Source of the DNA: Alphaproteobacteria bacterium
GTDB taxonomy: Bacteria > Pseudomonadota > Alphaproteobacteria > RF32 > CAG-239
Reading direction: 5' to 3'
Assembly (NCBI GenBank): GCA_045593845.1
Contig: JAZNXK010000022.1
Location: 13,855 to 77,854 of the forward strand
Length of the DNA stretch: 64,000 nt
The notes below the pieces were generated by a model. The model saw only the letters and a list, made by a program, of their open reading frames with translations. It made no database searches and was not told where the DNA came from. A program made the translations under genes and the position numbers. Below, piece after piece: positions 41,493-51,385 of this stretch (within the stretch, counting starts at the first letter, position 1; every line of letters begins with the position of its first letter).

Positions 41493-43601
41493 TTAACTGC
41501 AATAGTTGATTATTTCTTTTACCAAGTTAATCTTGTTGCCGGAACCGAGTTCAGGCAAGTCTTTATAATTGTCACCGGCATCCAAAGCAAAAATGTTTGC
41601 TTGTTGCATTTCGAACTGATTACCGAGAATAATTGATTGAACATTATTTTTTAATTGCTGTGCAAATTTTTTCGCCTCACTGACATTATGTCTGATTAGT
41701 CCGTCACGTTTGGAAAAAAGAGCACCATATTTGAAAATAGTATAAATCATGGCAATAATAAACAATACGGTAACCGCATGGATATGATTTGTCATCATCA
41801 GTCCCGAAAAAACAATTAAAATAAAGGCAAGAAAACGCAAAACAAAACGCAAGAACTTACTATTTATTTTTATCATAAAGAATGACCAATAAAACGCTAT
41901 AGTAACGGTAGATGCTAGTAAAATACCGAATACCGACCACATATCAACTTTCAAATAAGCTATTGCCAACTCACTCAAAATAAGCATCAGGGAGCTCAAG
42001 AATACATACGAAAAATTGAGGCGCAACAAAAGACGTTTAATGCGCTTATTTGTATCTTTTTCAATATAATGGGAGGCTTTATTAAGAATAATAGATGAGC
42101 GCGGAGAAATTGATAAACTGTTTTGCTTGCTTGTAAAAATAGACTTTATTGCCTTTTTTTCAAAAGAATTAAGTTTAGAAAGTTTGTTTGTTCGCTTGAC
42201 AAGTGAAATTCCTTTATCCTCTTCAATTATATCAATAATACCTTTCTTCCTCAAATCTAGCAAAAATGCTCCGAAAGAGACTTTATCATATATACCTTTT
42301 GCCAACATTCTCAAAAGAGCGGGAGTTTTTTGAAAATTGATTTTTGCAGCTTCTGCGGAAGAAGCATCAATAAATTTCCACGAAATAACATAGGCGAGCA
42401 AAATTGCCAGAAAAGCAAAAGCAGCAAGCACAATATCACCATAATCTTCAATAAACCACTTAATTTTTTTGTTGATATCAGGATCGATAAAGCCTTTCTT
42501 TGGTATTTGGATCAAAATATGCATTCCCTCACCGGCGAAGAGAGGACGCATGGCAACAAACCCCAAAGCATTGTTAACTTTGTTTGCCACAATAACTCCG
42601 CCATCCTCCGTTAATTTATCAGGCAAATAGCCCAACATTAAAGTCTCTCCGATAGAAGCAATATCTACAGGCAATCTCACAACGGCAGTAGCATAATTTA
42701 CCGCCAAATTCCAAAAACTTCCGGTAATATCCCAATAAAATTCGTTAAAATTATCATAATACCATAGCTTTCGATCAAGAATATAATCAAAAACGTATGT
42801 ATATATACCGGGTTGTAAGGGCAGCGACTTTTTGGGAGTAATTAAAAATCTGTCATAAGCATCTTTCAATATATAATCGACATCAGTGCCGTTAATGGTT
42901 ACTTTATTGAGGTAAGGAATTGTACTTTCTTTTACACCATCCCGCGAAGTGGAATATTTAGGCAAAGCTTTGATAAGTCCGTATTTGAGCTTTTGCGCAT
43001 TTGCGATAACGGTAACCGTTTCTCTGACACGCACCAATCCGTCCGGCATAATTTCAATAATGCTTGACAAATAAGGAATATGCTCTTTTGCAGGAGAAAC
43101 AATGGTTTTGCCGTTTGGCAGATTTACGTTGATAACTTCAAAATCGGTCTTTTCAGGATTTGACAGAGCTTGCTGCAAAGACAGTTCGGAATATAATTGT
43201 CTGTCGGAAGGTTGATCGGAAAAAGCAATATGTTCAGGCAAGTCTTGTTCATCAAGAGAAATTTTACTCATTGTCTCTTCGTAAATTTTTTGAAAAGTAG
43301 ATTTTGCATCTTGAGCCTGTTGAGCAAGATAGTCCTCACTGTGAACAACACTCATCCCGCTGTATTTTTCCATATCATCCATGCTTGTAACGGGAATAAC
43401 TCTGTTTTCAGCATTTATAAGCTTAATCAATTCGTCGCGGGTTTTGGGCATTTCGGGACGGCCTTGTTGCAACATAACTTTTCTGCTGTTTTTTATATGT
43501 TGGGCTTCTTCAATATTCACAATTTCTCGCGGTGAGGCATTTGCAATTCCCGCTGACAACGAAAAAATAATGAAACATATTGCAAAAAAATGTTTTTTCA
43601 T
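41493..43601 (-). CDS. DUF2207-like membrane protein
   Basis: Signal peptide, a ~370-aa exported domain (IEIMPDGLVRVRETVTV...), then TM segments alternating with soluble loops. The family call is from architecture only. Confidence 0.5.
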   Translation of the reverse strand: MKKHFFAICFIIFSLSAGIANASPREIVNIEEAQHIKNSRKVMLQQGRPEMPKTRDELIKLINAENRVIPVTSMDDMEKYSGMSVVHSEDYLAQQAQDAKSTFQKIYEETMSKISLDEQDLPEHIAFSDQPSDRQLYSELSLQQALSNPEKTDFEVINVNLPNGKTIVSPAKEHIPYLSSIIEIMPDGLVRVRETVTVIANAQKLKYGLIKALPKYSTSRDGVKESTIPYLNKVTINGTDVDYILKDAYDRFLITPKKSLPLQPGIYTYVFDYILDRKLWYYDNFNEFYWDITGSFWNLAVNYATAVVRLPVDIASIGETLMLGYLPDKLTEDGGVIVANKVNNALGFVAMRPLFAGEGMHILIQIPKKGFIDPDINKKIKWFIEDYGDIVLAAFAFLAILLAYVISWKFIDASSAEAAKINFQKTPALLRMLAKGIYDKVSFGAFLLDLRKKGIIDIIEEDKGISLVKRTNKLSKLNSFEKKAIKSIFTSKQNSLSISPRSSIILNKASHYIEKDTNKRIKRLLLRLNFSYVFLSSLMLILSELAIAYLKVDMWSVFGILLASTVTIAFYWSFFMIKINSKFLRFVLRFLAFILIVFSGLMMTNHIHAVTVLFIIAMIYTIFKYGALFSKRDGLIRHNVSEAKKFAQQLKNNVQSIILGNQFEMQQANIFALDAGDNYKDLPELGSGNKINLVKEIINYCS

Positions 43602-43684
43602 AAAAGCACATCCTTGTTAACAAATAAGATACAAATGGTAATGTATATTAAAGTTATTAAAAAAATGTTAGAAAGGATAAAATA

Positions 43685-44428
43685 ATGACTAAAACAAAAT
43701 TAGCAGCGGTTGTGCTCGGGGCCGGAAAAGGTACAAGAATGAATTCCGACCTGCCAAAAGTCTTAATGCCTTTATGTAACAGACCAATGATTCGCTACAT
43801 CATTGATTCAATGGAAGAAATGAAAGCCGATAAAATCGTTACCGTAATTGCCCCTGATGGCGATTTGGTAAAAAAGGAAGTCGCTCCGTATAAAACTTGT
43901 GTTCAACAACAACAACTCGGAACGGCCAATGCGGTGCTGGCAGCAAAAGATGAATTAAAAGGTTTTGACGGTAATGTTTTGGTTATTTACGGAGACAACC
44001 CGATTACACCTGTTCCCGTATATCAAAAAATGATTCAAAAATGCCAAGAGGGCTATGCTGTTGTGGTTTTGGGGTTTGTTCCCGAAGATGCCGCTCGTTA
44101 CGGCAGGCTCAAAATAGAAAACGGCGAGCTTATCAAAATTGTTGAGTTTAAGGATGCTACTGAAGAAGAAAAACAAATTAAGGTCTGCAACTCCGGCATA
44201 ATGTGCTTTGACGGCAAGACCATGCTTGATATTTTATCTCAAATAACAAATGAAAATGCCGCCAAAGAATATTATCTTACGGATGCGGTTGCCATCGCCA
44301 GAAAAAAAGGATTGAAATGCGCCGTTGTTGAATGCAGAGCCGAGGATGTTGCCGGAGCAAATACTCGGGAAGAGTTGGCATTATTGGAAAAATTTTTGAT
44401 TGAAAGACAAGGAAAAAATATTGCGTAA
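43685..44428 (+). CDS. GlmU-like N-acetylglucosamine-1-phosphate uridyltransferase domain only
   Basis: AAVVLGAGKGTRMNSDLPKVLMPLCNRPMI and QQQQLGTANAV...VLVIYGDNP. The protein stops at 247 aa with no hexapeptide-repeat domain. Confidence 0.8.
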   Translation: MTKTKLAAVVLGAGKGTRMNSDLPKVLMPLCNRPMIRYIIDSMEEMKADKIVTVIAPDGDLVKKEVAPYKTCVQQQQLGTANAVLAAKDELKGFDGNVLVIYGDNPITPVPVYQKMIQKCQEGYAVVVLGFVPEDAARYGRLKIENGELIKIVEFKDATEEEKQIKVCNSGIMCFDGKTMLDILSQITNENAAKEYYLTDAVAIARKKGLKCAVVECRAEDVAGANTREELALLEKFLIERQGKNIA

Positions 44429-44843
44429 TTTTATCAAAACACATTGGTTCGGTTTTAGTATTATCATAATTATTGCATTGTTTATTGGCGAATTTTTTCT
44501 CATTTTATATTCTCCGCACCAAGATGAGAATGAAAAGGGGTTTTCGCTATGCACCAGAACAATGACCGACAATGTAATAAATTGCGACCGAGAAACGTGG
44601 TGCGTATTCAAAGCAGTCAGCAAAAACTATCTCTGTTATAATGCCGTGATATATAATGGATTCAAAAATTGGTTGACGGGAAATGCAAAAACTCCGTGGT
44701 CTGATTATTTTTATCCCGAAGTTGATGAGTATAGTGAAGAATTGGCGGAGTTCTACCGCGAAAATCCGAATATTTCCGAGCAAATGGAATTATTAAAACA
44801 ACAAAATCTAGAATTGGAGAAAATGAACAATGAAAACAAATAA
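44400..44843 (+). CDS. membrane-anchored hypothetical protein
   Basis: TTG start, one TM segment (FGFSIIIIIALFIGEFFLILY) and a Cys-containing soluble part. Overlaps both neighbouring genes. Confidence 0.4.
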   Translation: MKDKEKILRNFIKTHWFGFSIIIIIALFIGEFFLILYSPHQDENEKGFSLCTRTMTDNVINCDRETWCVFKAVSKNYLCYNAVIYNGFKNWLTGNAKTPWSDYFYPEVDEYSEELAEFYRENPNISEQMELLKQQNLELEKMNNENK

Positions 44844-46617
44844 ACAACTTCCGACATGGGACCTTTCCGATTTGTATAAGGATACAAGCGATCCTAAAAT
44901 CAATAAAGATTTGGAGAAATATCGCAATTTTTGCACATCATTTGCCCGCAAATATAAAGGAAAATTAAATTCTTTGAGCGGTGAAGAAATGGCCAAAATT
45001 TTGCAAAATTACGAAAAACATTCTTCTCTTTCCGGCAAGCTTGGCGGATTTGCCAATTTAAATATGGTAACAAAAATGAAAGACCAGTCAGCTGTAGCTT
45101 TCTACCAGGATATTGTCGAAAAAATCACCGAATACAGCAAACCTTTAGTCTTCTTTAGCTTGGAGATTAACTCCCTTTCGCAAGAAAAAATAAAATCTTG
45201 GCTGCAAAACAAAAACATGAAACATTATCAACCATGGCTGGATAGAGTTCGACGCTTTAAAAAATATGAGCTTTCCGAGCCGGTGGAAGAAGTTTTGCTT
45301 GAAAAATCCTTAACCTCGTCAAATGCATGGGTTCGCCTCTATGAAGAAACATCATCACGTTTGGTATATACCGTAAAAGGAAAAAAATATAATGATGCCG
45401 AAGTATCAAAGCTTCTTTTGGATAAAGATGCTTCTTTGAGAACAGCCGCCGGTCATGAGATTAACCGAGTTGCAAAAGAAAATTCGGCACTTTTCACGTT
45501 TATATATAATATGATTATCAAAGACAAAGCCATTGAAGATAAAAAAAGAGGATTTTCAACTCCCGTATCTTCTCGCAATATGTCAGAAAACGTAAACGAT
45601 AAAACGGTTGAAACTTTGGCGCAAACCGTCCGCGCAAACTATTCCAAAATAGCGCACCGTTTTTATAAGTTGAAAGCCAAATGGCTCAAAATGGATAAAA
45701 TATCTTATTGGGACCGTAATGCTCCGCTTCCGTTCAGCCAAGACATTCATTATACGTGGGAAGAGGCTGTTTCAACTGTTTTGGATGCGTATAAACAATT
45801 TTCTCCCAAGTTGTATGACATAGCAAAAGATTTCTTTAATCACAATTGGATAGATGTTCCGCCTCGTGACGGCAAAGTAAGCGGTGCTTTTTGTGCGCCT
45901 GTCTGTGCAGAATCTCATCCCTATTTATTGCTTAATTTTGTCGGTAAACAAAATGATGTCTTAACCCTTGCACATGAATTGGGACATGGTTGTCACCACC
46001 AAACCAGAGTAAAGAATGGTGAACTCAATGAATATTCGCGAATGACTACCGAAGAAGTCGCTTCGGTATTCGGAGAAATGATAACGTTTCAGTCCATGGT
46101 CAAAAAACTTCCTGATAACGAGGCAAAATTGGCCTTAATCGCTTCAAAAGTCGGCGATATGATAAATACGGCCATAAGACAAATTGCCTTCCACTTTTTT
46201 GAAAGTCGCGCTCACCAAGAGCGTCAATCTGGAGAACTCAGCACCGAACGTCTGAACAAAATTTGGATGGAAGAAATGCAAGCAAGTTTGGGGAAATATG
46301 TGCAAGTTGATGAAAATTGCTCTTATATTTGGTCACAAGTAGGACACTTCTTCTTCCTGCCTTTCTATGTTTATGCATATTCTTTTGCTGATTGTTTGGT
46401 AAATTCGTTGTATCAGGTATCGCAAGATAAAAGCCAAAATAATTTTGCCGATAAATATATGCAAATGTTGTCACAAACGGCAATAACAGATTATAAAAAA
46501 CTTCTCAAGCCGTTTAACTTAAATCCTGAAGATAAAGATTTTTGGAACAAAGGATTGAGCCTGATAAGCAGTTATATTGATGAACTGGAAAGATTGGATA
46601 AAAAACTGAAATTATAA
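44830..46617 (+). CDS. pepF: oligoendopeptidase F (M3B)
   Basis: HELGHGCHH zinc motif, 595 aa, M3B-like overall layout. Confidence 0.85.
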   Translation: MKTNKQLPTWDLSDLYKDTSDPKINKDLEKYRNFCTSFARKYKGKLNSLSGEEMAKILQNYEKHSSLSGKLGGFANLNMVTKMKDQSAVAFYQDIVEKITEYSKPLVFFSLEINSLSQEKIKSWLQNKNMKHYQPWLDRVRRFKKYELSEPVEEVLLEKSLTSSNAWVRLYEETSSRLVYTVKGKKYNDAEVSKLLLDKDASLRTAAGHEINRVAKENSALFTFIYNMIIKDKAIEDKKRGFSTPVSSRNMSENVNDKTVETLAQTVRANYSKIAHRFYKLKAKWLKMDKISYWDRNAPLPFSQDIHYTWEEAVSTVLDAYKQFSPKLYDIAKDFFNHNWIDVPPRDGKVSGAFCAPVCAESHPYLLLNFVGKQNDVLTLAHELGHGCHHQTRVKNGELNEYSRMTTEEVASVFGEMITFQSMVKKLPDNEAKLALIASKVGDMINTAIRQIAFHFFESRAHQERQSGELSTERLNKIWMEEMQASLGKYVQVDENCSYIWSQVGHFFFLPFYVYAYSFADCLVNSLYQVSQDKSQNNFADKYMQMLSQTAITDYKKLLKPFNLNPEDKDFWNKGLSLISSYIDELERLDKKLKL

Positions 46618-46625
46618 AAAAAAAT

Positions 46626-46651
46626 TGCCGCATAATAGCGGCATTTTTTTT
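46626..46651. terminator. bidirectional rho-independent terminator
   Basis: Stem TGCCGC / GCGGCA with loop ATAATA, flanked by A8 and T8 runs. Confidence 0.7.
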
Positions 46652-46663
46652 GCAATCAATATC

Positions 46664-47443
46664 TTACTTTAAGAACATTTGACTTGTAATGCGCTTTGCC
46701 TGCGACATATACGATTCCGAAGCATTTGGCTGTCCGAGATAAGAAAGCTTATAATCGGTAACCAAAAATCCGAAAGGATTTTTTAAGGCGCTATTATCAG
46801 AAACTTTCTTTGTTTCAGCAAAAACAATTCTCATATTAGCGCGCCAAATATTAACGACAGGTTCAGGATTTTCCGGCAAATAGTCCATAGTTCTGAATTG
46901 TGCTTGCCATAACGACCCGTTTAATGACCTTATCCAATCAATTTGCACATTTCTTGCCATATTTTTGGATTTAAACAAAGAAATATTATTATCAGCTTCG
47001 GTTTCTCTAAATTCCGAATATACCGTAGGGGATGACATCCAATAAACATGCGAAGCCTTTCCCCATCTTCTTCTCAACTCAAAATAGTCAGTGGTAATGA
47101 GATATCGCATCATTATGTATGTAGTAATATATTCTTCCGCAATCAGATTACTTATATTATAATCCATTTCAGCTCTCTGCATCTGATCAACCTGGCTGAA
47201 ATATTTGTTTATGGTAAAAAGTTGAGGCCTTGAACCGCGCATTGGTAACATAACATACAAAGACAGGGCAAAAATCATATTCAAGGATAAAGAGAAGCAA
47301 ATTAAAATAACCAAGATATAAGATGTCCACAAAAACCTTCTTTCAGGCATTGCACTGACATGCACGCGTTCAGGATACAGACCTAATTTATCAGGACTTT
47401 CCTTTTCTTTATATTTAAATACCGTAGCGAATATATCTAACAT
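46664..47443 (-). CDS. VirB8-like (NTF2-fold) bitopic membrane protein
   Basis: Cytoplasmic N-terminus, one TM segment, a periplasmic domain and a C-proximal NPFGFLVTDY resembling the conserved VirB8 NPxG motif. Confidence 0.45.
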   Translation of the reverse strand: MLDIFATVFKYKEKESPDKLGLYPERVHVSAMPERRFLWTSYILVILICFSLSLNMIFALSLYVMLPMRGSRPQLFTINKYFSQVDQMQRAEMDYNISNLIAEEYITTYIMMRYLITTDYFELRRRWGKASHVYWMSSPTVYSEFRETEADNNISLFKSKNMARNVQIDWIRSLNGSLWQAQFRTMDYLPENPEPVVNIWRANMRIVFAETKKVSDNSALKNPFGFLVTDYKLSYLGQPNASESYMSQAKRITSQMFLK

Positions 47444-47550
47444 CTTAAAACTACAAACTTACTCCCTTATTTTCTTTTATACATCAATATAAAATAAAAT
47501 CAAATAATTTGCAAAAAGTTGTGAAGAAAAGAACAAAGCAGAGCAAACAT

Positions 47551-50025
47551 CTATTTTACGGGTTTTATATGCCAAATATGCTTTGCATATTCCATCACCG
47601 CTCTGTCGCTTGAAAATCTGCCAATTCTTGCCACGTTCAAAATAGCTTTTTGTGCCCATTTTTCTTTATTGTGATAATCATTTTCTGCCTGATGCAAAGC
47701 ATCATTAAAGCCCTGCAAATCAGCCAAAACCATGTAATAATCGCGCGAAAGCAACTCTTCATATATCATCTTGAACAAGAGAACATAATCTTTAGTGCAA
47801 AACATGGTAGAGTTCAAAGTATTCATAATTCTCTTGATATAATCGGAATGATCATAAACCTCATAAGGTTTGTAGGTTCCTTTTTTGTGCATATCGTTAA
47901 TTTCTTTATCCCGCAACCCGAAAAGATAAAAATTATCTTCTCCGACTTCTTCTCTGATTTCGATATTTGCACCATCATAAGTGCCGACCGTCAAAGCTCC
48001 GTTGAGGGCAAATTTCATATTACCGGTTCCCGATGCCTCAAAACCGGCAGTCGAATTTTGAATACTTATATCAGCAGCAGGAACCAAAATTTCTGCCAAA
48101 GAAACTTTATAATCCGGCATAAAGACAACCTTAATCATATCATTAACCAGAGGATCGTGATTAACAACATCAGCCACATTGTTAATCAATTTTATAATCA
48201 TTTTGGCGAATTGATAAGACGGTGCCGCCTTTCCTGCAAAAATATATGTCTTCGGATGCGTCGGGTAAATATTATCTTTAATTATTGCCAAATAATCGCC
48301 GATTACTTGCAAAATTGTCATCAGTTGACGTTTATACTCATGAATACGTTTAGCTTGAACAATGAATATACTCTTTGGATTAACCGCAACACCCGTAGCT
48401 TTCAAAATTACTTGAGCCAATCGCTCCTTATTTTTTAATTTAATTTGCATAAACTTTTTTGCAAAAGTCGGATTATCTGCATATTCTTCCAATTGTTGCA
48501 GCAAGTCCAAATTGGTAATCCAATCCTCGCCGATTTTAGACGATATCAAAGCCGCAAGTTCGCTGTTCGCATGGTATAACCAACGACGTGGTGTTATTCC
48601 GTTGGTAATGTTCAAAAACTTCTCCGGCCATAACTCAAAAAATTCCGGCAAAAGGCTTTTTTTCAACAATTCTGAATGCAGTTTTGCCACACCGTTAATG
48701 CAAAAAGAGCCGACAATAGACAAGTTTGCCATACGAATAATCTGATTGTCTCCTTCTCCGAAAACAATGGAAACTCGGTCAAGTTTTTCTTTGTTATTGC
48801 CGAAACGTTGTCTCGCAAACTCAATAAAACGGCGGTTAATTTCATAAATAATCTGCAAATGACGCGGTAACATGCGCCCTAACATATTTGCATTCCACGT
48901 TTCCAAAGCCTCCGGCAACAAAGTATGGTTTGTATAAGCAAATATTTGAGTAGTGATAGCCCATGCTGAATCCCAAGATTGTCCGTAAACATCAATAAGT
49001 TGGTGCATCATCTCCGGAATTCCCAAAGCCGGATGAGTATCATTGAGCTGAATACAAATATAATCCGGCATTTTATGAAAATCATTACTCTTTTCCAAAA
49101 AGCGCCTGATAATATCTTGAATTGCGCACGATACAAAGAAATATTGCTGTTTCAAACGCAGCTCTTTACCTGATTCGATAGCATCTGACGGGTATAAAAC
49201 CTTTGAAACCGTTTCACTTTCTATCTTATCGCTCAAAGCATCAATATAACCACCCTTATTAAAGACTTCAATATTAAGCTGTTCATCTCCCTTCGCCGAG
49301 AACAAGCGCAAATAGTTTACCGAGGTTCCGTTATATCCTACAATCGGAAAATCAAACGGAATACCAAAAATAGGTCTTGTATTTTTCCAAATAAAGGCAG
49401 GCTCTCCAGTAGATTCATTGATGGTTGTTTCAACATTTCCATAGAGCGGAATTGTAACTTTGCGGTCATTTCTAGCAAATTGCCACGGCGAGTTTTCTCC
49501 GTCCCAGCTGTCAGCCTGTTCAATCTGATATCCGTTCTTAAATTTTTGTTTGAACAAGCCATATTCATAGTTTATGCCATAGCCAAACCCCGGAATGCCG
49601 AGCGATGCCATTGAGTCAAGATAACAAGCGGCCAATCTCCCCAAACCGCCGTTGCCGAGAGCTGGATCATATTCGGTATCAAAAATCTCTTCCAGATTCT
49701 TCCAAGGCCAACCGTCAATTTTTATGCTGTTTAAAGCGTCAAAAAGCCCCAAGCTGTGCAAATTGTTTTCCAAAGAGCGTCCCAAAAGATATTCAACAGA
49801 CAAGTAATATACCCGCTTAGAATTTTTCTTATTATATCTTTCAATGGTCTTATACATTCTGTCCATCGCAAATTCTCTGACCGCCAAGCAAATGGCTTTC
49901 AGTGCTTCTTCTTTGGTAATTTCACAAACACGTTTGCCGATAAAATAGTTTATATAGTGCTCAATAGACAGTTTAAGACGAGCTTTGTCAATTTCGTTCA
50001 GAATCATAGAGCCTTTTACCGCCAT
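47551..50025 (-). CDS. glgP: glycogen/maltodextrin phosphorylase
   Basis: Pyridoxal-phosphate site EASGTGNMKFALNGALTVGTYDGANIE. 824 aa. Confidence 0.95.
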   Translation of the reverse strand: MAVKGSMILNEIDKARLKLSIEHYINYFIGKRVCEITKEEALKAICLAVREFAMDRMYKTIERYNKKNSKRVYYLSVEYLLGRSLENNLHSLGLFDALNSIKIDGWPWKNLEEIFDTEYDPALGNGGLGRLAACYLDSMASLGIPGFGYGINYEYGLFKQKFKNGYQIEQADSWDGENSPWQFARNDRKVTIPLYGNVETTINESTGEPAFIWKNTRPIFGIPFDFPIVGYNGTSVNYLRLFSAKGDEQLNIEVFNKGGYIDALSDKIESETVSKVLYPSDAIESGKELRLKQQYFFVSCAIQDIIRRFLEKSNDFHKMPDYICIQLNDTHPALGIPEMMHQLIDVYGQSWDSAWAITTQIFAYTNHTLLPEALETWNANMLGRMLPRHLQIIYEINRRFIEFARQRFGNNKEKLDRVSIVFGEGDNQIIRMANLSIVGSFCINGVAKLHSELLKKSLLPEFFELWPEKFLNITNGITPRRWLYHANSELAALISSKIGEDWITNLDLLQQLEEYADNPTFAKKFMQIKLKNKERLAQVILKATGVAVNPKSIFIVQAKRIHEYKRQLMTILQVIGDYLAIIKDNIYPTHPKTYIFAGKAAPSYQFAKMIIKLINNVADVVNHDPLVNDMIKVVFMPDYKVSLAEILVPAADISIQNSTAGFEASGTGNMKFALNGALTVGTYDGANIEIREEVGEDNFYLFGLRDKEINDMHKKGTYKPYEVYDHSDYIKRIMNTLNSTMFCTKDYVLLFKMIYEELLSRDYYMVLADLQGFNDALHQAENDYHNKEKWAQKAILNVARIGRFSSDRAVMEYAKHIWHIKPVK

Positions 50026-50201
50026 TTTAAATCTCCTAATTTCTCACATAAAATTCCGAAACAGTGTATCTGTAAATTGTTTGAAATAAAGTTAACGTAA
50101 AAAAATAAATATACAAACACAGGCGAAAAAATTTCTTGACAGGTTGATATATTTGACATAAGTTCAACACGCTTAAGGCGATAATAATTGCCAAGCAACA
50201 T

Positions 50202-50278
50202 GGATCCTTAGCTCAGTTGGTTAGAGCGGGCCGCTCATAACGGTCTGGTCGCCTGTTCGAATCGGGCAGGATCCACCA
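50202..50278 (+). tRNA. tRNA with CAU anticodon (elongator Met or lysidine-modified Ile2)
   Basis: Cloverleaf folded by hand: acceptor GGATCCT/AGGATCC, D arm GCTC/GAGC, anticodon stem GGCCG/CGGTC with loop CTCATAA, T arm GCCTG-TTCGAAT-CGGGC, encoded CCA. The G1-C72 pair and the lack of the GGG/CCC anticodon stem argue against an initiator. Confidence 0.9.
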
Positions 50279-50285
50279 AAAAATC

Positions 50286-50312
50286 GGAGTGATACCTGTC
50301 ACTCCTTTTTTT
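50286..50312 (+). terminator. rho-independent terminator after the tRNA
   Basis: Stem GGAGTGA / TCACTCC with loop TACCTG, followed by T7. Confidence 0.7.
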
Positions 50313-50605
50313 GTTTTAAAATCAAAATTAATTATCGCAAAATTTTAATCCCCTCAAACCGCCCATTTTTCGGCACTTTTCGATTTTTCATCAATCTCAT
50401 TTATAGGCGCATTTGCGTGGTGGTCTGGTTGCGTATCTATTTTTTATTTTTACCCATTTCCCCAAAAAGATACCAAAATAGATACTTTTGGTCGGGACAG
50501 ACCCGACCAAATTCGGCTTAAAACTAAGGCTTTTTATTCCCAACTGTTCGCGTTTCAAAACCCCACCTTTTGTGACATCAAGACGAAATTATAAATACTT
50601 TTATA

Positions 50606-50648
50606 ATTTGTAACGGATGTTCTAATTGTGGCGAATGTGAGAAATAAA
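50606..50648 (+). repeat. 43-nt direct repeat, copy 1 (orphan 3' end of a DUF5131-type gene)
   Basis: ATTTGTAACGGATGTTCTAATTGTGGCGAATGTGAGAAATAAA matches 57145..57187 at 40 of 43 positions. Confidence 0.9.
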
Positions 50649-50703
50649 GCGTAATAAATCACTGCAGAAACGTGGCGGTTTTATAATATTTGTGCGTTTT
50701 AAA

Positions 50704-50745
50704 CTAAAAGTCATTGACTTTTAGTCAATAGTGTATATTATACAC
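50704..50745 (+). promoter_or_regulatory. candidate TetR operator/promoter with two palindromes
   Basis: CTAAAAGTCA-T-TGACTTTTAG (50704..50724) contains TTGACT. GTGTATA-T-TATACAC (50731..50745) covers a TATTAT -10-like hexamer. Both lie about 25-65 nt upstream of the TetR ATG. Confidence 0.5.
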
Positions 50746-50767
50746 TCATAGCAAAGGAGTAAAGATT

Positions 50768-51385
50768 ATGACTAAACGCCAAGAAAATGCCCTAAAGACA
50801 AGGCAGAAACTATTAGATACAACGGTAGATTTAATCATCAACGGCGATTTTCATACCCTCAATGTGGAAGATATAACCAAAGCCTGCGGATGCGCAAAAG
50901 GTACTTTTTATACTTATTTCAAGAATAAACAGCAAATCAGTTGCGAAGTTTGCCGCAAATTGTTTGACCAGATTGCTCTGCGTATACAACAAATGAAAGA
51001 TAAAACTTTTTTGGAACGTTTGGAACACTACTTTGAAAGTTTTATGGTAGAAGTTGAGCGTTATGACATCAATATCTGCCGTGAATGGATACGCAATGTT
51101 ATAGACCCGAAAACATCTGATGAAGAATGGGATAATACCAAATGGCAGTTTGATATTAAAATGTTGCAGGACATCTTAAAGCAAGCCGTAAAAGATAAAG
51201 AATTAAAGCCGGATGCACCGATTGAACTTATTACCCACATCATCATTTCCGAACTCTACGGTATGATGACGTGCTGGTGTATGTCTGACGGAGTTTTTGA
51301 ACCGAAAGATTGGACGAATAAGGTCTTTAAGGCTCAAATAGTTACTTTACTACAAAACTATATAACAAAGAGAGAAAGCAAATAA
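50768..51385 (+). CDS. TetR-family transcriptional regulator
   Basis: HTH region TRQKLLDTTVDLIINGDFHTLNVEDITKACGCAKGTFYTYFKNKQQI. Its stop shares an A with the next ATG. Confidence 0.9.
   Translation: MTKRQENALKTRQKLLDTTVDLIINGDFHTLNVEDITKACGCAKGTFYTYFKNKQQISCEVCRKLFDQIALRIQQMKDKTFLERLEHYFESFMVEVERYDINICREWIRNVIDPKTSDEEWDNTKWQFDIKMLQDILKQAVKDKELKPDAPIELITHIIISELYGMMTCWCMSDGVFEPKDWTNKVFKAQIVTLLQNYITKRESK

Noticed and set aside
47650-48438. 262-aa ORF antisense to glgP, and the similar long antisense ORFs 8435..9001, 8034..8456, 18441..18842, 17111..17479 and 53628..54110
   Set aside because: They lie entirely inside strongly supported genes on the other strand. Their translations are low-complexity or Cys/Phe/Ile-rich, typical of shadow frames.
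50136-50158. Two TTGACA hexamers upstream of the tRNA as its promoter
   Set aside because: Neither could be paired with a convincing -10 hexamer at 16-18 nt spacing, so I made no promoter call.
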